IMG/VR virus record: IMGVR_UViG_3300028585_000008
Span: 1 to 43,552 of that record
DNA from: a virus
Lineage: Duplodnaviria; Caudoviricetes
Reading direction: 5' to 3' (one strand)
Length of the DNA stretch: 43,552 nucleotides
The translations under genes and the position numbers were made by a program. This document shows, in pieces, positions 9,109 to 18,765 of the stretch; position 1 is the first letter of the stretch, and each line of letters opens with the position of its first letter. Below the pieces are notes generated by a model that had not been told where the DNA came from, did no database searches, and worked only from the letters and a program-made list of their open reading frames with translations.

Positions 9109-9935
9109 CCGATCAAGAGGACATGACCGAGAACGACGACATTCTGGACCTGACCCAGGAAGCGCCCGACGACGAGCCGGAGTCCAGCGATGAAGGCGGC
9201 GAGGGCAACAGCGAGGGCGACGACTTCCGCATCGAACTCGACGGCGAGGCCGAGGAGGAAGAACCGGATCTCGTCAGAACGCTGCGGGAAAACCTGCGCG
9301 ATACACAGCGCAAGCTCAAGGGCTACGAATCCGTCAAGCCGGCGCCGATCGAGGTCGGGCCGAAGCCGACGCTCGAAGGCTGCGATTACGACGAAGAGCG
9401 CTTCGAGTCCGAGATTACCGGTTGGCATGACCGTAAGCGCAAGGCTGCGGACCAGGAGGGCGAGCAGACCCGCCAGCAGGAGGCGGAACAGGCGTCATAC
9501 CGCAAGCAGCTATCCAACTTCGAAACCAAGCTGGCGGTGATCCAGCTCGCGCCGGAGAAGAAGGAAGCCGCGGTCAAGACCGTCGTCGCCGCGCTTTCGG
9601 TGCCGCTGCAAACCGCGCTGGTCCGATACGCCAGTAACCCGGCGATGGTCGCGATTGCGCTGGGTCAGAACCCCGCCAAGCTGGCGAAGATCGCCGAGAA
9701 CGATGACCCGTTTCTGTTCATGCGGGCAATCTGGGAATTGGAGAACAAGATCGTGGTCAACCGCAAGAAACCGCCGGCCCCTGAGGCGGGCAGCATCGTT
9801 CGTTCATCGGCGTCGATGACCGATACCTCGGGCAAGACGCTCAAGAAGCTTGAGGACGAGGCGCGAAAGACCGGCGATCGTACCAAGCTGATCGACTTCA
9901 AGCGCAAGCAGAATCGGAAGGATAAGGCGGCATGA
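9105..9935 (+). CDS. Scaffolding protein
   Basis: Acidic N-terminus, KPTLEGCDYDEE motif, coiled coil, basic C-terminus; lies between portal and coat. Confidence 0.8.
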   Translation: MTDQEDMTENDDILDLTQEAPDDEPESSDEGGEGNSEGDDFRIELDGEAEEEEPDLVRTLRENLRDTQRKLKGYESVKPAPIEVGPKPTLEGCDYDEERFESEITGWHDRKRKAADQEGEQTRQQEAEQASYRKQLSNFETKLAVIQLAPEKKEAAVKTVVAALSVPLQTALVRYASNPAMVAIALGQNPAKLAKIAENDDPFLFMRAIWELENKIVVNRKKPPAPEAGSIVRSSASMTDTSGKTLKKLEDEARKTGDRTKLIDFKRKQNRKDKAA

Positions 9936-10402
9936 GCGACATTCGCCAGGAACTGGCCTCGCGCCGCATCAACCTCCGCACCCCGGATGAGGTCTCGCTG
10001 CGCTATGAAGGGCAGATCAACGACCATCCCGACCAGCGCGCCGAATATCCGCGCATGCTCTACAAGGCGACCGAGCATAAGCAGTATCAGCCGTGGGCGG
10101 ATGAACTGCACACTGGCAGCGAAGAACGCATGGTCATCAACGACTTCGGCGGCCTGCTCTGCGACACGATCGTGGTCGATGATGCGGATTCTGCCGAGAC
10201 GCTGGCATCCGAGGGATGGGACGTGACGCCTCGCGCCGCTCACGGTCTTGTGGATGGCCTAGCCAAGGCTGCGACCGCCAAGGATGAGCGTATCGCCGAA
10301 CTCGAACGGCAGCTTGCCGAGAGCGCGGCGCAGGCGGGCGAACCTGCCAAACGCGGCCCCGGGCGTCCGCCCAAGCAGGACTTGACGGGCGATATGATCT
10401 AA
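9932..10402 (+). CDS. Hypothetical head-module protein
   Basis: 156 aa, YPRMLYK motif, coiled coil and C-terminal AT-hook-like KRGPGRPPK. Confidence 0.7.
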   Translation: MSDIRQELASRRINLRTPDEVSLRYEGQINDHPDQRAEYPRMLYKATEHKQYQPWADELHTGSEERMVINDFGGLLCDTIVVDDADSAETLASEGWDVTPRAAHGLVDGLAKAATAKDERIAELERQLAESAAQAGEPAKRGPGRPPKQDLTGDMI

Positions 10403-10410
10403 CCTATACG
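10382..10410 (+). promoter_or_regulatory. Putative sigma70-type promoter for the coat gene
   Basis: TTGACG-17 bp-TATACG. Confidence 0.55.
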
Positions 10411-10426
10411 GCTAATTGCACCAACC

Positions 10427-10508
10427 AGGGCGCCTCCTGTGAATGGCAGAACGGTGCGATCGAGCGGCAACGCTCTCGCAATCATTCTGTCCATTCCGGG
10501 AGGCTCTT
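10427..10508 (+). ncRNA. Structured 5' leader (long hairpin) sequestering the coat-gene Shine-Dalgarno
   Basis: Nested pairings GCCTCC/GGAGGC, GAATGG/CCATTC, CAGAA/TTCTG, TGCGA/TCGCA and GAGCG-GCAA-CGCTC (GNRA loop). Confidence 0.7.
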
Positions 10509-11780
10509 GTGCCATCATCGTTCCCTTATCTGATCGAAGCGGCCTTCGATAAAACCATCGAAGAGTTCGAAGACGCGCTGGTTTACGCCCACGCAGCGGA
10601 GGTGATCGACCTCGGCACTGCGCAGGAGCAGGTTTACACCCGCGATCGCATCTATCTGCCGCAGCCGATGATCGGCAGCAGCTACGACGGCTTCGACCAG
10701 ACCAGCAACTTCAACGGCCTCACGCAGATGTGGGTGCCGGCGTCGGTAGGCTTCCACAAGTCCAGCCCCAAATCCTTCTCCGCGAAGGATATGCGCAACA
10801 AGATGGCGATCGACATGTACGCCAAGGAGGTCAAGGTTAAGCTTGCTTCCGACGTGAACAGCGCGATTCGCCGTCGCGTCGCCCTGGAAGGTGCCATCTT
10901 CACCAAACGCACCGTGGCCCCGACCGGCTTCGCCGACTTCGCGCTGTCGAATGCGCAGATGACCGAGATTGGCGTGCCGTCCGAAGACCGCATGCTGGCA
11001 ATCGGCGTCCGCTCGGCCATCGGCGTGATGGCGAACGTGTCGGATCGTCAGACGATGGGCGCGCTTTCGCTCAGCGCCTACGAGCGCGCGCAGATCAGCC
11101 CGAACCTTGCCGGCTACTCGGCATTCGTGGACGACCAGCCGATCCGCCTCGGCGCAGCAACCGGCGGCGCGATGACGGTAAACGGCGCCAACCAGTATTG
11201 GGAGCCGGCCGCTACGACGGTTCAGACGGACGGCACCGAGAACAACCGCGATAACCGATATGGTACGCTCGTGGTGGCTGGCGGAACGATCGCCAATGTC
11301 AAGCCGGGCGATGCGTTCACCGTCGCTGGCGTCAACTCGGTTCACATGATCTCGAAGCAGGACACGGGCCAGCTCAAGACGGCGCGTGTGATCTCGGTCA
11401 ACACGACCACCAATACGATCACCTATTCGCCGGCATTCATCTCGAACGGCGGCAATACGATCGGCGGTCGCGAGTATCAGAACGTCGCATCGACGCCGGC
11501 CAACGGCGCCGCGCTGACGTGGCTGAACACCGCCACGGCCGAACTCAATCCGTTCTGGGTCAAGGGCGCTGTCGGTCTGCTGCCCGGCACGTTCGAGGTG
11601 GAGCCTGAGGACGGCTGGTCTGTCATGCAGGCGACCACGCCGAAGCTCGGCCTTCGCATCATCTGCACCAAGCAGGGCGCGATCAACGACCTTTCGGCAA
11701 AGATCCGCTGGGACATCGACTTCGGCACGGTGCTGACGAACGGCGACTTCGCCGGCGCGGCTATGTTCAACCAGATCTGA
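10509..11780 (+). CDS. Major capsid protein (P22 coat-like)
   Basis: 423 aa from GTG 10509 with GGAGG RBS; KPGDAFTVAGVNSVHMISKQDTGQLKT insertion-domain motif and RWDIDFG C-terminus characteristic of P22-type coats. Confidence 0.92.
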   Translation: MPSSFPYLIEAAFDKTIEEFEDALVYAHAAEVIDLGTAQEQVYTRDRIYLPQPMIGSSYDGFDQTSNFNGLTQMWVPASVGFHKSSPKSFSAKDMRNKMAIDMYAKEVKVKLASDVNSAIRRRVALEGAIFTKRTVAPTGFADFALSNAQMTEIGVPSEDRMLAIGVRSAIGVMANVSDRQTMGALSLSAYERAQISPNLAGYSAFVDDQPIRLGAATGGAMTVNGANQYWEPAATTVQTDGTENNRDNRYGTLVVAGGTIANVKPGDAFTVAGVNSVHMISKQDTGQLKTARVISVNTTTNTITYSPAFISNGGNTIGGREYQNVASTPANGAALTWLNTATAELNPFWVKGAVGLLPGTFEVEPEDGWSVMQATTPKLGLRIICTKQGAINDLSAKIRWDIDFGTVLTNGDFAGAAMFNQI

Positions 11781-11793
11781 CGGAGACGACGAC

Positions 11794-12252
11794 ATGGCAA
11801 AGGCAACCGCAGACGCCGATCAGAATATTGCCAAGAACGGCCCGGAAGATCTCGCGCTGAGCGACGCCGACCGTGCCGAGGCGATGCAGGAAGGCGCCAA
11901 GGAAGATGTGAAGGAAGCGGCCAAGAACGCGCACCACGCGTTGACGGACGGTTCGCTGCCGGGTGAGCCGCCCAAGAACCCGTATCACGGCCATGACGAG
12001 ATCCAGCCTTGGGCGCACAACCTCGATCTTGGGGTGGACGCGTTCGAGAAGCTGGTCAGCGCCAAGCCGACTGACGATGGCACGACGCTGCCCGACGAGA
12101 AGGTCTATGGCCTGCTCGCGCTGGAACGCAACGGCAAGAACCGCACGCCCTACGTCAAGGCGATGATGAAGCGGCTCAAGCTCAAGGCCGACGAACTTCC
12201 GGGCGGCGGGCCTTCGTACACCAACGATCTGACTTCGATCACGGATCTGTGA
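11794..12252 (+). CDS. Hypothetical protein (likely head-associated)
   Basis: GGAG RBS, follows the coat gene, LLALERNGKNRT helical motif. Confidence 0.7.
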   Translation: MAKATADADQNIAKNGPEDLALSDADRAEAMQEGAKEDVKEAAKNAHHALTDGSLPGEPPKNPYHGHDEIQPWAHNLDLGVDAFEKLVSAKPTDDGTTLPDEKVYGLLALERNGKNRTPYVKAMMKRLKLKADELPGGGPSYTNDLTSITDL

Positions 12253-12253
12253 T

Positions 12254-12278
12254 GGAGCGGCCGGTTCGCCGGCCCTCC
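12254..12278 (+). terminator. Hairpin with TTCG loop after coat-associated gene (terminator or mRNA stabiliser)
   Basis: GGAG-c-GGCCGG-TTCG-CCGGCC-CTCC; U-tract weak. Confidence 0.5.
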
Positions 12279-12299
12279 TAGCATTTGGAGCGCTAGGGT

Positions 12300-12755
12300 A
12301 TGCCTACAGTTTACGCGCCCGGCCTCGATTATCAGGCTGGGGTTACCACCTCTGTGCCTGATCCGAACGACGCGGTTACGCCGAACAAGATTGTTCCCGT
12401 TCCGCTTGTTGCGTCAATGGCGGTCAGCGCTGCCGGTGTGGCCAATCCTGCCGGCACGCAGGCCGACCCGTCCTACACGCAGTCCGCAGCCCTGCCCGCG
12501 GGCACGGACCGCAGCGGAACGGCGGCGACGACTTCCGGCACCCTTGCCGCGGCCAACACCGCGCGCCGGGGCCTCAACATCCAGAACATCGGCGCCAACA
12601 ATATCGGCGTGAACGAGTTCGGCGGTACTGCTGCGATCGGCACCCCCGGAACCTATACGATCGTGCCCGGCGGAGCTTTCAACGTTCGGACCAATCGCGC
12701 TGTTACGGTTATCGCAGCGACTGCCGCGACCGCCTACACCGCGACGGAATTCTGA
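12300..12755 (+). CDS. Hypothetical virion protein (possible head decoration/fibre)
   Basis: A/T/G-rich beta-type sequence with RRGLNIQNIG motif, in the structural operon. Confidence 0.6.
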   Translation: MPTVYAPGLDYQAGVTTSVPDPNDAVTPNKIVPVPLVASMAVSAAGVANPAGTQADPSYTQSAALPAGTDRSGTAATTSGTLAAANTARRGLNIQNIGANNIGVNEFGGTAAIGTPGTYTIVPGGAFNVRTNRAVTVIAATAATAYTATEF

Positions 12756-12756
12756 C

Positions 12757-13299
12757 GTGGGCGAGGCTAGCAATCCGGGCATCACACCCGACCAACTCGC
12801 GCAAGCTATCGCGAACGCCGTCCAATCGCTTCCGCAGTACGTCAACACCGGTCAGTTCCAGACGGTGGCACAGCTTCTGGCGAACTATCCGGCCGGTGCG
12901 GCATATCTCGGCATGCTGGGGCGCGTCTCGGACCTATGGGGTTCGGTGCGCACCTCGATGATCTGCGAGCAGGACGGCGCAACCGGATACTACTGGCGCC
13001 CGCAGCGCACAGACTATGCGCCGGCGCAACAGTCGGTAACGGGCGGCACACTGACGCTGACACCGCTGCTGACCGCGCCGCAAATCCTTCTCGGCGGCAC
13101 CTTGCTCGGCAACATCACGGTAACGCCGTCTGCCATGAACGCATGGCCTGGCGCGCAATTCCGCGTGCAGAGCAACAGCGTTCTCGGCCTGTTCGGCATC
13201 AATATCACCGGGCTTGTCGGTGGCGGCTCCGTTCCGCTGCTGACAGGCGGCGTCAAAACGATGGTGTATCACTCGGGTTCAGGATGGGCGGCAGGATGA
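12757..13299 (+). CDS. Hypothetical virion protein
   Basis: 180 aa G/T-rich, tightly packed in the structural operon. Confidence 0.6.
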   Translation: MGEASNPGITPDQLAQAIANAVQSLPQYVNTGQFQTVAQLLANYPAGAAYLGMLGRVSDLWGSVRTSMICEQDGATGYYWRPQRTDYAPAQQSVTGGTLTLTPLLTAPQILLGGTLLGNITVTPSAMNAWPGAQFRVQSNSVLGLFGINITGLVGGGSVPLLTGGVKTMVYHSGSGWAAG

Positions 13300-13469
13300 A
13301 CATTCACGTAGGCGATAGCTTCCTTGGGTATGACGTGATCGCGACCGATGGCGACTTCGTGACGATCAAGGCGCCGAGCAACATCACCTTCTCTTTCAGC
13401 GTGTCCGGCATCCAGGGTGGTCTTAAGGCCGTTCTGTGCATGATCGGCATCGCGGGTGCCTGTGATTGA
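13296..13469 (+). CDS. Small hypothetical protein (57 aa, MNIHVGDSFLG...)
   Basis: ATGA overlap with upstream gene; 3' part of track ORF 12936-13469. Confidence 0.55.
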   Translation: MNIHVGDSFLGYDVIATDGDFVTIKAPSNITFSFSVSGIQGGLKAVLCMIGIAGACD

Positions 13470-13960
13470 TGGTCCTCGTCGCGCTCCCTTCCGGCCCGCT
13501 CAAGCGCGACCTGATCCAGCTTGCCTATGAGGAATGCGGGCAGGCCGGCTATGAGTTCGAGCTGACGCCGGAGGAATACGAAAGTGCGCTACGCTGGCTG
13601 AATGCGATGCTGTCGGAATGGCTCGACGCATTTGGCGTGGATCTCGGGTATGATTTCCCGGTGTCCGGCAAAGGCCATATCGACGATGCGAGCGGCGTTC
13701 CTGTCGGCACACAGCAGATCATAGGCCTACGTCTCGCGCTGCGGATCGCGCCCGCAATCGGCAAGGCGCTGAGTACCGAGAGCCGCAAGCAGATGGCGGA
13801 ATCGTGGTCTGCGTTGCGAACCAAGTACCAGACGACGCCAACGATGCAGTTCGGCCGCAATACCATGCGCGGCGCCGGCAACCGCTCCTTCTGGTCCACC
13901 CGAAGCCCATTCTTTCCTGTCGATGAGGGCTATGTCCCCGCAATTGAGGATCTTTCCTGA
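13469..13960 (+). CDS. Head completion / packaged-DNA stabilisation protein (P22 gp4-like)
   Basis: FELTPEEYESALRWLNAMLSEW...LGYDFP, LALRIAP and MRGAGN motifs. Confidence 0.85.
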   Translation: MVLVALPSGPLKRDLIQLAYEECGQAGYEFELTPEEYESALRWLNAMLSEWLDAFGVDLGYDFPVSGKGHIDDASGVPVGTQQIIGLRLALRIAPAIGKALSTESRKQMAESWSALRTKYQTTPTMQFGRNTMRGAGNRSFWSTRSPFFPVDEGYVPAIEDLS

Positions 13961-15723
13961 TGCCGGTTCGCCTTCTTCGTCCGTATCTGAGCCAAGCTAT
14001 CAATACGCTGTTCTGGGGTTCGGAGGATGCCTATGACACGTTACGCGCGACTGGTGGGGCAGATGACAACATCGACCGGGCATCCGACTATGCACCGCTG
14101 ACCCGTATTGTCACTAGCGCTGCAGCGAACACCTCGCGCAACGCCACGACTTACAAGATGAACTCGCTCGCTCCTCAGGTACTGACACTCAACACGTCTG
14201 GGTACTGGCCAACTGGCGGGGCCATTACGGTTGCCGCGCTCGGCGCGGGCAGCGTGACTGTCACCCCGGCTAGCGGCGTCACGATCAATGGCGACGTGCA
14301 GCCTGTCACTATCGCTGCGCAAAACAGCGAAGGCCGTCTGCTGAAGACCGGGCAGGACACGTGGGTCACGCTGGATGGGTTCACCGGGCAGATTGCGGCT
14401 GCGAATGCTGCGGCGGGCGGCGATCCGCTGGCTCGTGCATCCTCTAGAAACGGCAGGGCAACCCTGGCAGTGATCGGCGATAGCCGGGTCGCGCAAGGTA
14501 TTCAAATTATCGCCCAAAACGGCGGCATCAATAAGAAGAAGAAGCCGACGAGTTTCGCCGCTTGGTGGGAGTTCCTGAGTCGCGGGCGTATCTCAGCGCC
14601 ATCAGATTACAATTTCGGGGTTTCAGGTTCGCTCATTACCGCGTTGGCAGCACAGGTGCAGCAGGTGCTTGCGCTCAACCCACGGCCCACGCATTGCCTG
14701 ATCCTTTCGGGTACCAATTCCTTCGCCGCGAATGTGACGGCCGCAGATGGCTGGGCGCAATATGCGCCAAACATACAGGCACTTGTGGCGGCGGGTATCC
14801 GCCCGATCTGCCTCGCAGATTTGCCGAGGGCGATCGGAAGCTGGACGGCAAGCGCCGCTGCTCAATCAATTCAATTCAACCAGCTTCTTTTTCGCAATGC
14901 GCCCGCACTTGGCGCTCTCGTGGTGGACCCTGCATATCTTCTAGCGGATCCAGCTAATACGGCTGGCGATCCACTGACCGGCTATTATCAAAACAACGGG
15001 GTCACCGATAACGGAATCCACCCCGCGACGCTTGCCGACTTCCTGATCGGTCAAGCAGTCGATGGCGTTGTTAGCCCGCTCATCCAAGGGCCGCTACCCT
15101 TCGTGAGCAGCCGGGCAGACGTATACGACGCGACCAACAATCCTTTCGGGAATATCTTGGAAAGCGTCATGTCGGGTTCGTCTCTTATGCAAGGGACTGC
15201 CGGCACGAACACCACCAATGGCGGTACGGCATCGGGCACCGTAGCAAGTGGGTGGAACAACCGCACGCTGACAGGAACCGGGACATCCGTTGCCTCGATC
15301 GAAGCGCGGGCAGATGGGAAGCCCGGCAATAACCAGGTGCTTACCCTATCAAGCGCATCGGGCGTTTCGACGTATCGCTTTTCGTTTATCACCAACCCGC
15401 TGGCAGCGAGTTATTATGTGGCGGGCGACAAGCTGCAACTTGCGATTGATATGAGTGTTTCGGCGGCTACGGGCCTCGAAGGCCTGTACTTCTATGTGCA
15501 GGATTTCGACGGCACAAACCCACGCGGCGCCGGGCAGTGGGGCGATAATGCCATAATCGGCAGCAATTACTACCCGTACCCCACGGCATTCTCTGGCCGC
15601 GCTTTCACTGACCCGGCAATCATTGTCGCAAGTCCACTTAGTCTCATAATTCGCATGGAGATGCGGGTTAACAACGGCGGGGCTACGATCAAGATTGGCG
15701 GCGCAGAGTTGCGGCGGGTGTGA
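13960..15723 (+). CDS. Tail/virion appendage protein with SGNH/GDSL hydrolase domain
   Basis: Block I VIGDS, block II NFGVSG, block III LSGTN, block V DNGIHP; beta-rich C-terminal domain. Confidence 0.75.
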   Translation: MPVRLLRPYLSQAINTLFWGSEDAYDTLRATGGADDNIDRASDYAPLTRIVTSAAANTSRNATTYKMNSLAPQVLTLNTSGYWPTGGAITVAALGAGSVTVTPASGVTINGDVQPVTIAAQNSEGRLLKTGQDTWVTLDGFTGQIAAANAAAGGDPLARASSRNGRATLAVIGDSRVAQGIQIIAQNGGINKKKKPTSFAAWWEFLSRGRISAPSDYNFGVSGSLITALAAQVQQVLALNPRPTHCLILSGTNSFAANVTAADGWAQYAPNIQALVAAGIRPICLADLPRAIGSWTASAAAQSIQFNQLLFRNAPALGALVVDPAYLLADPANTAGDPLTGYYQNNGVTDNGIHPATLADFLIGQAVDGVVSPLIQGPLPFVSSRADVYDATNNPFGNILESVMSGSSLMQGTAGTNTTNGGTASGTVASGWNNRTLTGTGTSVASIEARADGKPGNNQVLTLSSASGVSTYRFSFITNPLAASYYVAGDKLQLAIDMSVSAATGLEGLYFYVQDFDGTNPRGAGQWGDNAIIGSNYYPYPTAFSGRAFTDPAIIVASPLSLIIRMEMRVNNGGATIKIGGAELRRV

Positions 15724-15756
15724 TTCATAGCAGAAACGAGCATTATTGGACAAAAC

Positions 15757-17142
15757 TTGACCGCCATCCCCCTCCTATCCGGCATCAAGGCAACCGAGGC
15801 AGGCGATTTCGCGATTGCCTATCCGATGAACCTCGAGCCTGTGCCTGCAAAAACAGGTCTGTCAGAGGGCTACGTCCGCTGCGCACCCGGCGCGACTATG
15901 TTCAGCGCTGGCCCCGGCAAGGACCGTGGCGGGATCGACTGGAACGGTACGCACTACCGGGTAATGGGAACAAAGCTCGTCAAGGTGGCGCAGAGCGGTG
16001 TCATGACGGTGATCGGCGACGTGGGCTATGGCGGGCTGTCCTCGCTCGCCTACGGGTTCGACCGGCTGGCGATCAACAGCGGTACGAGCCTATACTATTG
16101 GGATAACGTGAACCTGTCGCAGGTGACCGATAGCGATCTCGGCGCGGTCCTTGATATGCTGTGGTTCGGCGGGTTCTTCGTGACCACGGACGGCACGTCT
16201 ATCATCGTCACGCAGCTTGCCGATCCGACGCAGGTGGACCCGCTCAAATACGGATCGGCAGAGGCGGACCCCGACCCTATCCAGGCGCTTTTCAAGCTGC
16301 GGGGGGAACTATACGCGCTCGGCCGGTTCACGATCCAGCCGTATAGCAACGTGGGCGGCGCAGGCTTCCCGTTCCAGCCGAACCTTGCCGCAACCGTCCC
16401 CGTTGGTGTCGTCGGTTCACGTGCGCGGTGTGACTTCTACCAGACGCTCGCATTTGTCGGATCTGGTCGCGGAGAAGCGGCCGCGGTCTATCTGCTCGAC
16501 GGGGGTAGCGCGCTCAAGATCAGCACGCGCGCGATCGACGATGAGCTGGCGAAGGTTGCGGATCAGTCTTCGATCACCGTGGAAAGCCGCATGTCGCGCG
16601 ATGAACGGCGGTTGCTGGTGCACCTGCCCGACAAGACGCTGGTATACCTCGCCAACGCCTCGCGCATATCAGGGCAGGCCGTATGGTACATCGCGGCGTC
16701 GGGTTCGGCAGGCGACCAGCGCTATCGTTTGCAGAATGCGGTCTACGTCTACGGCAAGTGGGTCTGCGGCGACACGGCGAGCGTGAACCTCGGCATCCTT
16801 TCGGACGATGAGCCGAGCCACTTCGGCGATCCGGTCGCGTGGGAAATGCACACGCAGCTTACCTACAACGAGGGAAAGGGAGCGATCCTGCATGACATTG
16901 ATCTTGTCGGACTGCCGGGGCGCGGTGGCGAAAAGCCGGTGGCGTTCCTTTCGTTCACCGAGGACGGCGAGACATATACGCAGGAACGGGCGTGTTCCAC
17001 GGGCGTAAGGGGCGACAGGGCCAAGCGCGTGCAATGGCGCCCGCACAAGCGGTTCTCGAACTACATGGGCTGTCGCTTCCGTGGCTCGGGAACAGCGGGC
17101 TGGGCGGCATGCCAGGCTACGTTTGAGAGCCTAAATGCCTGA
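15757..17142 (+). CDS. Tail hub / packaged-DNA stabilisation protein (P22 gp10-like)
   Basis: 461 aa; YPMNLEP, YRVMGTKL, SAEADPDPI and KISTRAID motifs. Confidence 0.85.
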   Translation: MTAIPLLSGIKATEAGDFAIAYPMNLEPVPAKTGLSEGYVRCAPGATMFSAGPGKDRGGIDWNGTHYRVMGTKLVKVAQSGVMTVIGDVGYGGLSSLAYGFDRLAINSGTSLYYWDNVNLSQVTDSDLGAVLDMLWFGGFFVTTDGTSIIVTQLADPTQVDPLKYGSAEADPDPIQALFKLRGELYALGRFTIQPYSNVGGAGFPFQPNLAATVPVGVVGSRARCDFYQTLAFVGSGRGEAAAVYLLDGGSALKISTRAIDDELAKVADQSSITVESRMSRDERRLLVHLPDKTLVYLANASRISGQAVWYIAASGSAGDQRYRLQNAVYVYGKWVCGDTASVNLGILSDDEPSHFGDPVAWEMHTQLTYNEGKGAILHDIDLVGLPGRGGEKPVAFLSFTEDGETYTQERACSTGVRGDRAKRVQWRPHKRFSNYMGCRFRGSGTAGWAACQATFESLNA

Positions 17143-17632
17143 CTTCGCCACCAACCCTGCCCCGCTCACGCGCGACGATCTCTACAAGGCGTTCCCGAAC
17201 CAGCCAAAGGTCGTTCGCGCGTTCGAGCAGCTATTCCGGCTGAACGCGACGACGACGGACACGCTCACCTCTACAACGTCCGCGACAAAGGCGCTGGTGG
17301 ATGCCACGGTCGTCACGCTGTCTCCCAATGACGCCTTCTCCAACGAGCGTGTGCTTTCGGTCGATCCGCAGGCATTGACGCTGACCGATCGCGGCGCCGG
17401 GGCAGACGTGTTGCTGGCTCTGGTGAACCTCATCACCAAGACGGCAGGTAAGTCCCTGGCATTCACGCTTGCAGCCGATACGGCGCTTTCCCTGCCGGCA
17501 TCCGGACGTGTCGTCGCGCTTGCTCCCGGTGCTGTAACTTACGCCAGTGATGCCGATGCTGCGGTCGGCGGTGTCGCTGTTGGGGATATTTACCGAAAGA
17601 GCGGCGGCGTGCTTGCGTGGCGGCAGGTTTAG
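17135..17632 (+). CDS. Hypothetical tail protein (tail-needle position)
   Basis: Synteny directly after the gp10-like gene. Confidence 0.55.
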   Translation: MPDFATNPAPLTRDDLYKAFPNQPKVVRAFEQLFRLNATTTDTLTSTTSATKALVDATVVTLSPNDAFSNERVLSVDPQALTLTDRGAGADVLLALVNLITKTAGKSLAFTLAADTALSLPASGRVVALAPGAVTYASDADAAVGGVAVGDIYRKSGGVLAWRQV

Positions 17633-17701
17633 GCGTACCGTAAACAAATCGGCAGACCTATATAGCCCCTGCGCCGTGGGGCATTTTCGCGAAAGCGTAA
17701 A

Positions 17702-18121
17702 ATGGTCCGCCGAGAAGATAATCCAGAAATCCTGAATAGAATCGCAAACGATGCGGCTGTGCATCCGTTTGTCAGCCCTACCGGCGATCCGATCGACTTC
17801 TCCCCGATCCAAGGCAAACGGATGGGCGAGATTGGCGGGGTTGTCCTGTCGAATGGCGAAGATGCAGCCGCGCTATTCGAGATGACGGCGGAAGGTGTCT
17901 ATCAATCGCACGTTCTGTTCGGCCCTACATGTCGTGGGCGCAAGGCGATCGACACCGCCCGCGAGATGATCGCGTGGATGTTCGATCACAACGCCCGGAT
18001 CGTCTGGGGCGCGACGCCGCGCTGGAACAAGCCGGCCTGTCTGTTCAACCGCCTGATCGGCGCCAAGGAGATCGGCGGCGACGAATTCGAGGCGGTTTTT
18101 GAATACCGGAAAGCTGCGTAA
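17702..18121 (+). CDS. GNAT-like protein (P22 gp14 position)
   Basis: HVLFGPTCRGRKA and NKPACLFNRLIGA GNAT-like motifs; synteny before the ejection genes. Confidence 0.65.
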   Translation: MVRREDNPEILNRIANDAAVHPFVSPTGDPIDFSPIQGKRMGEIGGVVLSNGEDAAALFEMTAEGVYQSHVLFGPTCRGRKAIDTAREMIAWMFDHNARIVWGATPRWNKPACLFNRLIGAKEIGGDEFEAVFEYRKAA

Positions 18122-18765
18122 TGGCGCAGGCAGCGGTCGCAGCGGGAGCGTCTCTCCTCAGCAGCATCGCGGGGGGCAAAGGTGCGTCGAAAGCGGCGAA
18201 GACGCAAGCCGCAGCCTACCAAAAGGGCATCGACGAGCAGCATAACGAGTTTGCGACGACGCAGGCGAATTTTGCGCCATATCTTGCGGCGGGCAACGAT
18301 GCGCTTGGCTCGACGCTTGATCTTCTCGGCCTTGGCTCTAGCGGCATGCAGGGCCAGCAGTCTGCGATCGACGCGCTCAAGTCATCTCCCGCCTTCACAT
18401 CGCTGTTCCGCCAGGGCAATGACACCATCCTGCAAAACGCGAGCGCGACAGGCGGTCTGCGTGGCGGGAATACGCAAAACAGCCTTGCCAACTTCGGCTC
18501 AGACCTTCTCTCGCAGGTGATCCAGCAGCGCTTGGGCAATCTCGGCGGCTTGGTCAGCACTGGCGCAGGCGGAGTGGGCCAGCTCGGCCAGCTTGGCCAG
18601 AACAACGCCAACAGCATCTCAAGTCTGCTAGGCCAGCAGGGCAACGCAAACGCGACTGCTGCGGCCGCTCCATATTCAGCGCTGCAAGGCTTCCTGAACA
18701 GCGTCGGCGGCAATGCGAAATCAGGCAATGGCTTGGTCAGCGGTATGTCTGGGTCAGCGTGGTAG
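18121..18765 (+). CDS. Ejection / DNA transfer protein (gp7-like)
   Basis: G/A/Q-rich; PYLAAG and NASATGGLRGGNT motifs. Confidence 0.8.
   Translation: MAQAAVAAGASLLSSIAGGKGASKAAKTQAAAYQKGIDEQHNEFATTQANFAPYLAAGNDALGSTLDLLGLGSSGMQGQQSAIDALKSSPAFTSLFRQGNDTILQNASATGGLRGGNTQNSLANFGSDLLSQVIQQRLGNLGGLVSTGAGGVGQLGQLGQNNANSISSLLGQQGNANATAAAAPYSALQGFLNSVGGNAKSGNGLVSGMSGSAW

Noticed and set aside
10443-10508. N-terminal extension of the coat protein from ATG 10443
   Set aside because: That ATG lies in the hairpin stem with no RBS, whereas GTG 10509 follows a GGAGG
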